DNA of 64,000 nucleotides, from assembly GCF_009914755.1 (NCBI RefSeq), contig NC_060941.1. One strand, written 5' to 3'. The translations under genes and the position numbers were made by a program. Below, piece by piece: positions 1 to 27,326 of the stretch. This stretch comes from the human T2T-CHM13v2.0 reference genome, Homo sapiens. Each line of letters opens with the position of its first letter. The first letter of the stretch is position 1. Under the pieces are notes generated by a model. That model saw nothing but the letters and a program-made list of their open reading frames with translations, was not told where the DNA came from and searched no databases.

Positions 1-830
1 GAGAAGTGAGGAGCCCCTCCGCCCAGCAGCCACCCCGTCTGGGAAGTGAGGAGCCTCTCCGCCCGGCAGCCACCCCGTCCGGGAGGGAGGTGGGGGTCAG
101 CCCCCCGCCCGGCCAGCCGCCCCCTCCGGAAGGGAGGTGGGGGGGTTAGCCCCGCGCCCGGCCAGCCGCCCCGTCCGGGAGGGAGGTGGGGGGGTCAGCC
201 CCCCGCCCGGCCAGCCGCCCCGTCCGGGAGGTGAGGGGCGCCTCTGCCCGGCCGCCCCTACTGGGAAGAGAGGAGCCCCTCTGCCCGGCCAGCCGCCCCG
301 TCCGGGAGGGAGGTGGGGGGGTCAGCCCCCCGCCCGGCCAGCCGCCCCGTCCGGGAGGGAGGTGGGAAGGTCAGCCCCCCGCCCGGCCAGCCGCCCCGTC
401 CGGGAGGGAGGTGGGGGGTATCAGCCCCCCGCCCAGCCAGCCACCCCGTCCAGGAGGGAGGTGGGGGGGTCAGCCCCCCACCCGGCCAGCCGCCACGTCC
501 GGGAGGTGAGGGGCGCCTCTGCCCGGCCGCCCCTACTGGGAAGTGAGGAGCCCCTCTGCCCGGCCAGCCGCCCCGTCCGGGAGGGAGGTGGGGGGGTCAG
601 CCCCCCGCCCAGCCAGCCGCCACGTCCGGGAGGTGAGGGGCGCCTCTGCCCGGCCGCCCCTACTGGGAAGTGAGGAGCCCCTCTGCCCGGCCAGCCGCCC
701 CGTCCAGGAGGGAGGTGGGGGGGGTCAGCCCCCCCGCCCGGCCAGCCGCCCCATCCGGGAGGTGAGGGGTGCCTCTGCCCGGCTGCCCCTACTGGGAAGT
801 GAGGAGCCCCTCTGCCCGGCCACCACCCCG
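1..830 (+). repeat. SVA VNTR (~35-50 bp GC-rich units, G-quadruplex-prone)
   Basis: Tandem repetition is visible directly and explains the Pro/Arg/Gly-rich ORFs at 46-872. Confidence 0.95.
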
Positions 831-1380
831 TCTGGGAGGTGTACTCAACAGCTCATTGAGAACGGGCCATGATGACAATGGCGGTTTTGTGGAATAGAAA
901 GGCGGGAAAGGTGGGGAAAAGATTGAGAAATCGGATGGTTGCCGTGTCTGTGTAGAAAGAGGTAGACATGGGAGACTTTTCATTTTGTTCTGTACTAAGA
1001 AAAATTCTTCTGCCTTGGGATCCTGTTGATCTGTGACCTTACCCCCAACCCTGTGCTCTCTGAAACATGTGCTGTGTCCACTCAGGGTTGAATGGATTAA
1101 GGGTGGTGCAAGACGTGCTTTGTTAAACAGATGCTTGAAGGCAGCATGCTCGTTAAGAGTCATCACCACTCCCTAATCTCAAGTACCCAGGGACACAAAC
1201 ACTGCGGAAGGCCGCAGGGTCCTTTACCTAGGAAAACCAGAGACCTTTGTTCACTTGTTTATCTGCTGACCTTCCCTCCACTATTGTCCTGTGACCCTGC
1301 CAAATCCCCCTCTGCGAGAAACACCCAAGAATGATCAATAAAATAAATAAATAAATAAATAAATAAAATAAAATAAAATA
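1..1380 (+). mobile_element. SVA retrotransposon (young, SVA_D-F type), 5' part outside window: VNTR + SINE-R + AATAAA + A-rich tail
   Basis: GC-rich VNTR units (gcccggccagccgccccgtccgggagggaggtgggggg; ctactgggaagtgaggagcccctc) to about 830. HERV-K-derived SINE-R (ggaatagaaaggcgggaaaggtgggg...gcgagaaacacccaagaatgatc), AATAAA at 1337-1342, (TAAA/AAAAT)n tail to 1380. Confidence 0.97.
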
Positions 1381-1495
1381 GCACAATTATAACAATATAC
1401 TTATTGTATTCCTCCTACCTGTTTTCAGAACTTGATTGACCTTGGGTAACTAAAACTGTAGAAAGTGAAACTGTGAATAAAGTGGAACTACTGTA
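1381..1495. mobile_element. Tigger2/MER8-type TcMar-Tigger DNA transposon end
   Basis: gggtaactaaaactgtagaaagtgaaactgtgaataaagtggaactactg-ta resembles the Tigger2-family terminus followed by a TA target site. Confidence 0.5.
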
Positions 1496-1530
1496 TGTCT
1501 ATGCATACAAAAAGGTCTGGAAATATAGAC

Positions 1531-1550
1531 AGACACACACATCCCCACAC

Positions 1551-1587
<37 letters not shown>

Positions 1588-1596
1588 CACACACAC
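1531..1596. repeat. Imperfect (CA)n microsatellite
   Basis: Direct CA run. Confidence 0.9.
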
Positions 1597-1618
1597 TATT
1601 AGCAGTAATTATCCCTAA

Positions 1619-1964
<346 letters not shown>

Positions 1965-2009
1965 CCAAAGGAATCCACTTTTAATCCTATACACATCTTT
2001 ATGATTTGA

Positions 2010-2145
2010 ATTTTTCTTTTCTTTTTTGTAGAGATGGGATCTTGCTGTGTTGTCCAGGCTTGTCTTGAACTCTAGGCCTCAAGTGATCCTCCCGCCTCGG
2101 CCTCCCAAAGTACTTGGATTACAGGCATGAGCCACCATGCCCAGC
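2010..2145 (-). mobile_element. FLAM / Alu left monomer
   Basis: Single-arm Alu sequence. Confidence 0.8.
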
Positions 2146-2311
2146 TTGAATTTTTCTAAAGAGCAATGAATTATTCATTCAACAAATATTTAAATAGGAC
2201 CTGTCTTGACCAATCACTGTTCTAGGTTAAGGCCATAGCATTAAACAAAACGGACAAAATCCTTGCTTTCATGATGGGAGGGGGCATCAATATATTTTAA
2301 AAATGATATCT

Positions 2312-2739
<428 letters not shown>

Positions 2740-2872
2740 TTATATGGAACCTGAATGTGGCTTGACAATCCTGGCTATGCTTCAGTGATTAACTCCCTTC
2801 CTGCTCTTCAAAGTGACAACTTCTAACATCTCCCATTCTCCTTCCTTAAACTGTTTAAAAGAGTGATTGCTG

Positions 2873-3157
2873 GGGCCAGGCCCGGTGGCTCATGCCTGTA
2901 ATCCGAGCACTTTCGGAGGCCGAGGTGGGTGGATCACGAGGTCAGGAGTTCGAAACCAGCCTGGCCAAGATGGTGAAACCCCATCTCTACTAAAAATACA
3001 AAAATTAGCCGGGTGCAGTGGTGGGCACCTGTAATCCCAGCTATTCAGGAGGCTGAGGCAGAAGAATCGCTTGAACCTGGGAGGCGGAGGTTGCAGTGAG
3101 CCAAGATCATACCACTGCGCTCTAGCCTGGGTGACAGAGCAAGACTCCTTCTCAAAA
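2873..3157 (+). mobile_element. AluS
   Basis: Dimeric Alu. Confidence 0.92.
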
Positions 3158-3247
3158 GGAGTGATTACAATTGTCATTAGGACTATTCTGTGTCTCTGCC
3201 TTCTGGGCACAAAGCAAGATGCTATTTCCCTTAAAGTTAGAATGGTC

Positions 3248-4032
<785 letters not shown>

Positions 4033-4150
4033 TAACTCCATTCAAACTACTCTTCCTTAGGCTGTGGCATACCTGTTTTAGTCCTTACCTAATAGGACCT
4101 CTCAGCAGCATAGAGCAGTTACTCATTTTTCTCTTTACAAAAACACTCTC

Positions 4151-4809
4151 GGCCAGGCACAGTGGCTCGTGCCTGTAATCCCAGCACTTTGGGAGGCCGA
4201 GGTGGGCAGATCACCTGAGGTCGGGAGTTCAAGACCAGCCTGACCAACATGGAGAAACCCCATCTCTACTAAAAATGCAAAATTAGTCAGGCGTGGTGGC
4301 GCATGCCTGTAATCCCAGCTACTAGGGAGGCTGAGGCAGGAGAATCGCTTGAACCTGGGAGGCGGAGGTTTGCAGTGAGTTGAGATCGCACCATTGCACT
4401 CCAGCCTGGGCAACAAGAGCGAAATTCCGTCTCAAAAAAAACAAACAACAACAACAACAAAAAAAACCCACACTCTCTTCCCAGCTTCTAGGATACTGTA
4501 CTTTGTTTTTTGTTTTTTGTTTTTGTTTTGAGACGGAGTCTCACTCTGTCATCCAGGCTGGAGTGCAGTGACGTGCTTTTGCCTCACTGTAACCTCCACC
4601 TCCCAGGTTCAAGCAATTCTCCTGCCTCACCCTCCTGAGTAGATGGGATTACAGGTGTGTGCCACCACGCCTGGCTAATTTTTGTATTTTTAGTAGAGAC
4701 AGGGATTCGCCATATTGGCCAGGCTGGTCTCGAACTTCTGACCTCGTGATCCGCCCGCCTCGGCCTCCCAAAGTGCTGGGATTACAGGCGTGAGCCACCG
4801 CGCCTGGCC
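4151..4809. mobile_element. Inverted Alu pair: AluSp-like (+, 4151-4466) and AluS (-, 4502-4809)
   Basis: Two full Alus tail-to-tail, about 35 bp apart. Confidence 0.9.
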
Positions 4810-5217
4810 AGGATACTGTACTTTCTTGGTTTCCTTCTCACAACCTCTCTGACTACTTCTTCTCAGTCTCCTTGGCTCAACCCAACTATGAAATGTTCCT
4901 CAGTTTTTTGTCCTAGGCCTGTTTCTATCCTCACTCCCTGACACTCCCATGGCCTTAATTACCACCCATATTTTAGCAGGTCCCAATTAATATCTCCAGC
5001 TCAGATAGAAATTCTAGTCCTATATATTGAATTGCATACCAGGACTTTCTCCACTAGGTTGTCAACTAGTCCAAAACTGATCTCATTATCTTTCCCCTTA
5101 GTTCTGTTTCTCCTCCTGGGTTTTTTAAATAAATACTGGTGCCATCCACCAAACCTCTTAAACCAGAAATAGGAGAGTCTTCCTTGATTCTTTACTCTTG
5201 CACTCTATACCCTAAAG

Positions 5218-5590
5218 CAGGAGTCCCCAACCCCCGGGCCACAGACTGTGGCCTGTTAGGAACAGGGCCACACAGCAGGAGGTGAGTGGCTGGCCTGCAT
5301 TCCCGCCTGAGCTCCGCCTCCTGTCAGATCAGCGGCGACATTAGATTCTCATAGGAGCAGAAAGCCTACTGTGACTGCGCATGCAAGGAATCTAGGTTGC
5401 ATGCTCCTTCTGAGAATCTAAATAATGCCTGAAGATCCGAGGTGGAACAGTTCCATTCCAAAACCACCCCCCATCGCTTCTCGGCCTTTTGGCTAAAATC
5501 AAGTGTAAAGCCACCTCCCACCCCACCATCTGTGGAAAAACTGTCTTCCACAAAACCGGTCCCTAGTGCCAAAAAGGTTGGAGACCACTG
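5218..5590 (+). mobile_element. MER1B (hAT-Charlie MITE)
   Basis: caggagtccccaacccccgggcc...ctccgcctcctgtcagatcagcggc...aaaccggtccctagtgccaaaaaggttggagaccactg; 8-bp TSD ccctaaag/ttctaaag. Confidence 0.88.
5473..5507 (+). pseudogene. 3'-truncated (tailless) U2 snRNA retropseudogene, U2 nt 1-35
   Basis: atcgcttctcggccttttggctaaaatcaagtgta matches the U2 5' end (ATCGCTTCTCGGCCTTTTGGCTAAGATCAAGTGTA) at 34/35; flanked by imperfect direct repeats aaaaccacccccc / aaagccacctccc. Confidence 0.92.
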
Positions 5591-5609
5591 TTCTAAAGGT
5601 AATCAGTAA

Positions 5610-5908
<299 letters not shown>

Positions 5909-6312
5909 CACAATCACTAAGTTCTATTTTTCCTACCTCCCAAATATCTAGTTTGTTCACATCTCCTTATCTTCACCACCATGAATCTAATTCAGGATGC
6001 CAGTTTCACTCACCTGGACAGCTGCTCCGATCTCTTAACTGGTTTCCCTGCATCTGTGCGTGTGTTCTTCCAGTCAGATCTTCATACTGCAACCAGAGAG
6101 AGACCTTTGCAAATACAGGAACAAATAGGAAACAAATAGAATATGGTAAATTAAACCCAACTCTATTAGTATTTACATGAAATTTAAAGGGGCTAAATCC
6201 TCTAATTAAAAGAAAAAAGATGTCAGACTGCATTAAATAATCCAATTATGTGCTGTTTACAAGAGCCACATCTTCAATATAAGGATGCAGAAAGGTTAAA
6301 ATTAAAGGGTGA

Positions 6313-10259
<3,947 letters not shown>

Positions 10260-10292
10260 TCAAACCAAATTGAGTAATACATTTATTTTTAA

Positions 10293-10721
<429 letters not shown>

Positions 10722-11676
10722 TAAAAAGGTAACTCAGAATAATGACCAAATGCAGTTTTGTCCAGTAAGGCAAAGTAAGTTTAATATACCAAAAAATGTA
10801 ATTAATCATATTAACAAAATAAAGTAAAAAATCTAGACAACCACTTCAATAGATGCAGAAAAAGCATTTGGCAAAATTTAGTCATTATTCATGATTTTTG
10901 AAAACTAGAATAAAAAGCACTTTCCTCAATTTGATAGAAGTTATCTCAGAAAAAAAAAACCCACAATTGACCTCATATTTAATGGTACAATATTGAGAAC
11001 TTTGCTGCTAATACTGGAAACAAATAAATAAGAATGTCTATTCTCATTTCTTCTATTCAACATTATCCTAGCTAGCTCAATAAAGAAATAAAACAACTTA
11101 CGAGCATAAAGACTGAAAAAGAAGTAAGTCCGTCTTTGTACAACAAGGTTATATACATAGAAAATCCTGAAGAATCTGCAAAAACTATTATATTATAGTC
11201 AGTGAGTGAAATTAGCATCAATATTGTCAACATACCAAAAAGTCAATTGCATGTCTACCAGCAACAAATAGTTGAAAAATCAAATTTTAGAAACACCATA
11301 GGCAATAATATATTAAAAAAACACTAATAATTTTATGAAAGATATGCAAGACCTCTATTATAAAAATACAAAAATGTTGCTTGAAGAAATAAAAGACAAC
11401 TGAAATACATAGAGAGATGCATCATGTTCATAGAATAGACTCGATATTGTTAAGATGTCATGTCTCTCCACGTTGATCTATAGATTCAATGCCATCACAA
11501 TCAAAATGTCAGCAGGTTTTTAAAATAGAAATGGACAAGCTGATTCCATCATTTATATGGAAATACAAAAGACCTAGAATAGACAAAACAATTTTGAAAA
11601 AGAAGAACAAACTTGAAAAACTTACACTATTGGATTTTAAGACTTACTACAAAGCTATAATAATCAAGATAACATA

Positions 11677-11955
11677 GGCTGGGCATGGTGGCTCACGCCT
11701 GTAATCCCAGCACTTTGGGAGTCCAGGGTGGGCGGATTACGAGGTCAGGAGATGAAGGCCATCCTGGCTAACACGGTGAAACCCCTCTCTACTAAAAATA
11801 CAAAAAATTAGCAGGGTGCGGTGGCGGACGCCTGTAGTTCCAGCTACTCAGGAGGCTGAGGCAGGAGAATGGCGTGAACCCAGGAGGCGGAGCTTGCAGT
11901 GAGCCGAGATCGCACCACTGCACTCCAGCCTGGGCAACAGAGCGAGACTCTGTCT

Positions 11956-11988
<33 letters not shown>
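11677..11988 (+). mobile_element. AluY
   Basis: AluY-type sequence, long pure A tail, TSD aagataacatag. Confidence 0.92.
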
Positions 11989-11990
<2 letters not shown>

Positions 11991-12493
11991 TAACATAGTA
12001 TTGGTATAGGAGAGACAAATAGATTAGTGGAAAAGCGTGTTCATAAACAAACCCACATATATAATAATTCATTTTTGACAAAAGAGTCAAGGTACTTCAG
12101 TGGGGAAATGAAAGTGCCGTCAAGGGGAGAGACTTCAACTCTCACCTTACACCATTTGCAAAGATTAATTCAAGTTAGATCATGGACCTAAATGTAAAAA
12201 GCTGAAACTATAAATCTCCTGGAAGAAAACATAAGATTTTGCAGCCTTGGAGTAGGCAAAGATTTCTTAGGACAAAAATGTAACCATAAAGGAAAAAAAA
12301 TGATCAATTGGACTTCCTTAAAATTAAAAATTCCATTCATCAAATAATACCTTTATAAAATGAAAAGGTAAGACACCGAATGAGAGAAAATAATCACCTC
12401 ATATATGTGATACAGACTTATATACAGAAGAAATGAATAACTTCCACAACTCAATAATAAACAAACAATCCAATTTTTTAAAAAGGCAAAAGA

Positions 12494-13152
<659 letters not shown>

Positions 13153-13320
13153 CTAAAACAACAACAGGCTCATCAGAATGGTTAAAATTAAAGTCTGAAA
13201 ATACTACTACATGTTGAGAAGATGTGGACAACCAGAACTCACTGACATGGATTATAAAATAGTACAACCTACAACCACTTTGAAAAACAGTTTGGCAATG
13301 AAGATGCACCTACCCTATGA

Positions 13321-13797
<477 letters not shown>

Positions 13798-14249
13798 TGA
13801 ATAAATAAGTTGTAATATATTCATGGGAAACCACTCACCAATAAAAAAGGAACTAACTACAGGTGCATGCAAGAACATAATAAATTGCAAAAGTCTTATG
13901 ATTAGTTTTTTAAAAAAGCCAGACACAAAAGAGTACATATTGAATAATTTCATTTATATGAAGTTCTAGAATAGGGAAAAATTAATCTATGGAATAGAAA
14001 TAAGAAGAGTGGTTGCCTCTGGAGATTTCCTGGAAAGAGGCATGAGGGAATTTACTGGGATGATGAAAACGTTTGATACATTAGTTGGGGTAGCGGGTTT
14101 GTAAAAGCCATTTACTGGAAAATCTGTACATTTTACTGTATGTAAATTACGCATCAATAAAAAATTGAATCATGTGTAAGTAGCACATCAAGTATATATC
14201 AATTATATATATCTATACATATAAACAATTGTTTAAGAAAAATTATAGT

Positions 14250-17515
<3,266 letters not shown>

Positions 17516-17549
17516 ATAAGAGTCCTTTAAATTCATTTTGGCATGGCCT

Positions 17550-20700
<3,151 letters not shown>

Positions 20701-20729
20701 ATTTTTAAAAAATTGATTGTCAATTTCCA

Positions 20730-21026
20730 ACTGGGTACTGTAGCTCACTCCTGTAATCCAAGCAATTTGGGAGGCCAAGGTAGAAGGATCACTTGGGGCC
20801 AGGAGTTCAAGACCAGCCTGGACAACACATCAAGATCCTGTCACTACAAAAATAAATAATTTAAAACATCAGCTGGATGTGGCGGTGGCATGTGCCTATA
20901 GTCCCAACTACTGGGGAGGCTGAGGCAGGAGGATCACTTGAGCCCAGCAGTTCCAGGCTGTGTGGTGACCCATGATCACACCACTATACTCCTGCCTGGG
21001 AGAAAGACCCTGTCTTTAAAAAAAAA
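20730..21026 (+). mobile_element. AluJ
   Basis: Diverged sense Alu. Confidence 0.85.
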
Positions 21027-21146
21027 TTTTTTTTAAATTAAAAGTCAGTTTCCTGCTCTCTTCATCTCTGTCTTCTGTTTCAGGATTAGTCAGATATTGG
21101 AGCCACCACACTCCAGTCTGGGAGACAGAGTGAGACTCCGTCTCAA

Positions 21147-21190
<44 letters not shown>
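21147..21190. repeat. (TAA)n microsatellite (tail of an Alu fragment)
   Basis: Direct run. Confidence 0.9.
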
Positions 21191-21370
21191 GCACATCAGT
21201 TACCACTCCTTGAGCGCCTACCAAATTACCAAAAACCTGCCATTTTAATAGATTTTCTTATTGAATCATCACAGGAATTCCATGAAGTAAATATTATTAT
21301 CCCTCTTTCACAGATGAGGGGACTGAGGGACAAAGAGATTAACTCACTAGCTCAAGATCATACCGTTTGT

Positions 21371-21666
<296 letters not shown>

Positions 21667-21926
21667 TCATACTGTTTGTGGAATGGCAGAAGCTGGGTTG
21701 AAACTCAGCCATGTGGGGCACCAAAAACCGTGATCGTGACCACAGAGGGCAGCTGGAATTCAAGGGGCCTGCCTGTTTTTCTGCAACTCACCATCCACGG
21801 ATTTCCTAAGTTTTTTGTGCCAGGCTCTGGGGAACCTAAGTGAATGTGGGCCCAACAGATGGGTGTTCACCAGAGAGTGAGCCAAGAAAGAGGGGTGGGG
21901 ACAGACAGAGGTCCCTATAGAAGTAG

Positions 21927-22448
<522 letters not shown>

Positions 22449-22886
22449 TGACTTTAAAGGAGCAGCTTGCAAATCATATTCAAAGCAGTATGCATATGAG
22501 ATGTAAATTGCATCAGAAATGAGCATCTGGTATTTTTGAGTCAATAGCTCAGGCACTTTTGGGAGGGCCCTCCCCAGCTTTCTCCCAGGGTTGCCTGGGG
22601 TCAGGATCCCTTGCAAGACCTATTAACTAAACTTGAGATGTAGCATGTGCCTCTGCCAAACCCAGCTCTGGATAGAAAGGGGAGTGCTGCTGACCATGTC
22701 AAGGTGGGTTCTTTATTCTCACATTTGTCTGACAAATACTTGTAAAGCACCTGCTGAGCATAAGGTGCTCAGGCAGATGCAGTAGACAAGCAGGAAAGTC
22801 ATTATTTCTAACTTTTAGGAACATACCCTCTACTCGGGGAAATAAATAAATACAGTAAAGACTCCAGTATTGTCTAGAGTCTAGAC

Positions 22887-23100
22887 CAGGCTTTCTCAAC
22901 CTCAGTGCTATTGATATTTGGAGCTGGGTAATTCTTTGTTGAAGGGGGTTTTCCGGAGCATCGTAAGATACTTAGCAGCGTCCCTGAGCTCTACCCATTA
23001 GATACCATTAGCAGCTCCTGAGTTGTGACAACCAAAAATGTTCCCAGACATTGCCAAATGTGGGGAGGGAGGGCAAAATCCCCCCAGTTAAGAACCACTG
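22887..23100 (+). mobile_element. MER20 (hAT-Charlie)
   Basis: caggctttctcaacctcagtgctattgatatttgg...gttgtgacaaccaaaaatgttcccagacattgccaaatg...ttaagaaccactg. Confidence 0.88.
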
Positions 23101-23526
23101 CTCAAGACCCTAAGGCTATGAGCTTTTCATACAGACCCAGCGGGCTGAGGACTTGCCTTCAAGGATGCACGTTGTTCCATATTTTTGTATTTTAACCACT
23201 ATGGAAGGTGCTCTTCTCAAATTTATCATGTAATTCTTTTCCTTGAAGCCCAGACCTGCCCCGCAACCACAGCATGCGCTATAATTCCATCCAGATCCCG
23301 GAGATTCTTGAGGACCAATCAATGTTGCCCCCAGATGGAATGGCCCCAGCCTGCAGAGCCTGTCAGGTCTGCAGTCTGCTCTTTCTGCTCTTCAGCATCT
23401 CTCTACCTCCTCTTTCCCTGTCATCCAATTGGCCCTGTGGGACTGCTCGTTATATTCTTATCGACTCTGGCCCCCATTCCCTTTAATTGGCAGCTTCGAG
23501 GAGTTAAGGAACTTAGTTTTGCAGAT

Positions 23527-23794
23527 CAGTGTTTTTCTAACTGTGCCCCGCCAAGCACTGGGAATCCCCAGGGCCCTCTCAGAAGCCCCCGTAGGATGTA
23601 GTGGGGTAGGAGGAGGAGGAGGAGCTTCCGGGAGGCTGGAGGAGTGGAGCCGGCAGGTCGCCCTGCCCCAGCCCTCAGTGGCCCCACAGCAGCTTGGCTG
23701 TTCTTGGTTTTGTTTCTCTCTGCTTCTGCATGATATCTTTGAACAAAAAGTCCCAAGTGTACAAAAAGTCCCGAAAGGCGTTCGCAAACCACTG
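23527..23794 (+). mobile_element. MER103C-like hAT-Charlie MITE
   Basis: TIR-like ends cagtgtttttctaact / gttcgcaaaccactg, with internal similarity to MER103C. Confidence 0.55.
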
Positions 23795-24397
23795 ACCTAG
23801 ATGGAGGGAATTGTGAGGAGCAGAGGGCACCCTCTTATAAAATGCCTGTACTTCGGTGCAGGGTTTGGTGGTGTCGGCGGTTTGGAGGCCCTTTAAGCTT
23901 CCTAACTCCTTGTCACTGGTGGATGGTGGGGTGCCGGCAGGAGGGCATCCCTTTACATAGGGGCTCATTGCTGTATGGATGTGGGCAGAGAACGAACAGG
24001 AGAGGGAGACTGAACTCCTGGCTTCCACATCAGGCACAAACCCCAGGACGTGAAGATCCCTAACTGCCTCCCCTCCGGCCCCCAAATAGCAGAACAGAGA
24101 GTAATCGCACTGCAGTGGCAGTGGAAAGAGCTGAAGCTAGACGCCGGGAAGAACTTCCCAACTTGGCACCTGGGGGAGGAGCAGCTGGGAGCAAATGTGG
24201 AACTGTCTGAGGTAGGAGGAGGTCCCCTTTGCAGGCTGAGAGATAATCACATACATCCTCCCACTCACACCCCCTTCGTCTGCTCCTGCCCCAACCAGGG
24301 CTGACTCCAGAAATTCTGCACAGATAAACCTCCAGGCCCTGAAACTCAGCAAGGGGTGGGGAGAGTGGGACCTGGGGCCATGCCCCCTCTGTTGCTA

Positions 24398-26060
<1,663 letters not shown>

Positions 26061-26169
26061 AAGAAGAGCTCAATGGCTCCCCAAGGTCACACCGTGGCAG
26101 CCCATTTTCTGTTTCCCACTCTGTTCTCCTACATGGTTTGTCCCGGGTACAGGGTGAACCAGGAAGAGG

Positions 26170-26700
26170 ATGAGTTACCGCCATTTCCCCATGGAGTCAA
26201 AGGGCTTCTTCCTCCTGGAAAATCCCCGGACACGGAAGTGACTAAGACCTAGTGGAGCTGCTGAACCTAAAAAGTAAGTTCAAATTCGGGGCCCCTCCTT
26301 CTGATAGCCATGTGGCCCAAAGAAGGGAAGCTGTCCGTGCAGCTGGGGGAGCTGATCTCCAACATGTTCTCCCCAAGCCCACCTCCTGCCACCCCACCCC
26401 AATGCTGAAGCCCAGACAAGCAGCCAGGAACTGGCGTCACCATCCCCAGTCCCGCAGACGCTCATCCCACCGCCACCACCCGTGAGCAACCATTCCGGGG
26501 CCTGACATTCTGTCGGCTTCACACCACCTCCCGGAGCCCCAGCCAGAAGCACTTCCTGGATAAAATATTAAACATGCAAATCTGAGACAGAGCCTTAACG
26601 AGCGACAGACTGCACGACCACAGCCTGGCAAACGAGACGCACGACGTCCGGGGGTGGGGGGGTGAGAGGTATATATAGATATAGACTTTGGATCTATCTG
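26170..26700. promoter_or_regulatory. Candidate enhancer/promoter (unique, motif-dense)
   Basis: YY1-like CGCCATTT 26179, kB-like GGAAAATCCCC 26217, ETS CGGAAGTG 26233 overlapping TGACTAA, octamer ATGCAAAT 26574, CpG cluster 26598-26650, GGGGTGGGG 26651, TATATATAG 26670. Confidence 0.35.
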
Positions 26701-27162
26701 TGCAATGTGTGTGTAAGGCAGAGAACAGCAGGGATGGAAAAGTACCGCAGCAGCCTCCAGCTGGGGTGGCCTGAGGTGGCGGCAGGAGGCTGGCCGGGAG
26801 GGAGGGTCAAGAGGAGCCCCAGAGCCAGGCTCAGAGTGAGGGATGACAAAAGCCCTTTGTGCTTGGATTCTGTGCAGGGGGTGCCAGACACGCTGGGCAG
26901 GGGAATGGGCATTGGTTTTGGAGAAGGAAGTTGGTTAGAGGCAAGGCCTCCGAGTGGAAGAAAAGAAGGGGAGACAGAGGAGAGGCATAGACCTGTGTGG
27001 CAGGAGTAGGGGTGTCTAGAGGGAGAACACCTCCACTCACATGGGGCACGGGGCGGGGGGGGGGTGTCTCTTGTCACCACACTGGCCCAGGTGTCATGGA
27101 GCTCACGTGGAATTAGGTCAGCAAGGTTCCTGCCTTGATTCAGGTCAGCATGCATTTGATGA

Positions 27163-27326
27163 TGGCGCTTCTTAAACTTGTACATGTGCCAGGATCGTCT
27201 AGGATCTTGTTGGTAAATGCAATTCCGATTAGGGAGGCCTGGAGTGGGGCCTAAGAGTCTGCATTACTAGCAAGACTCAGGTGATGCCAGTGCTGCTGGC
27301 CTCCCGGCCCCCATAAAGTGGCGAGG
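27163..27326 (+). mobile_element. MER5A1-type hAT-Charlie MITE
   Basis: gcgcttcttaaactt...ggagtggggcctaagagtctgcatt...caggtgatgccagtgctgctgg. Confidence 0.75.

Noticed and set aside
46-1334. Pro/Arg/Gly-rich and SINE-R ORFs
   Set aside because: They are translations of the SVA VNTR and SINE-R, not genes.
11489-11677. ORF resembling the L1 ORF2p C-terminal region
   Set aside because: Real homology, but a short fragment of a dead, Alu-interrupted L1.
26694-27185. 163-aa minus-strand ORF with a hydrophobic stretch (LLSSLTLSLALGLLLTL)
   Set aside because: Its ATG lies in a MER5A1 relic, and I see no recognisable homology, promoter or splice support.
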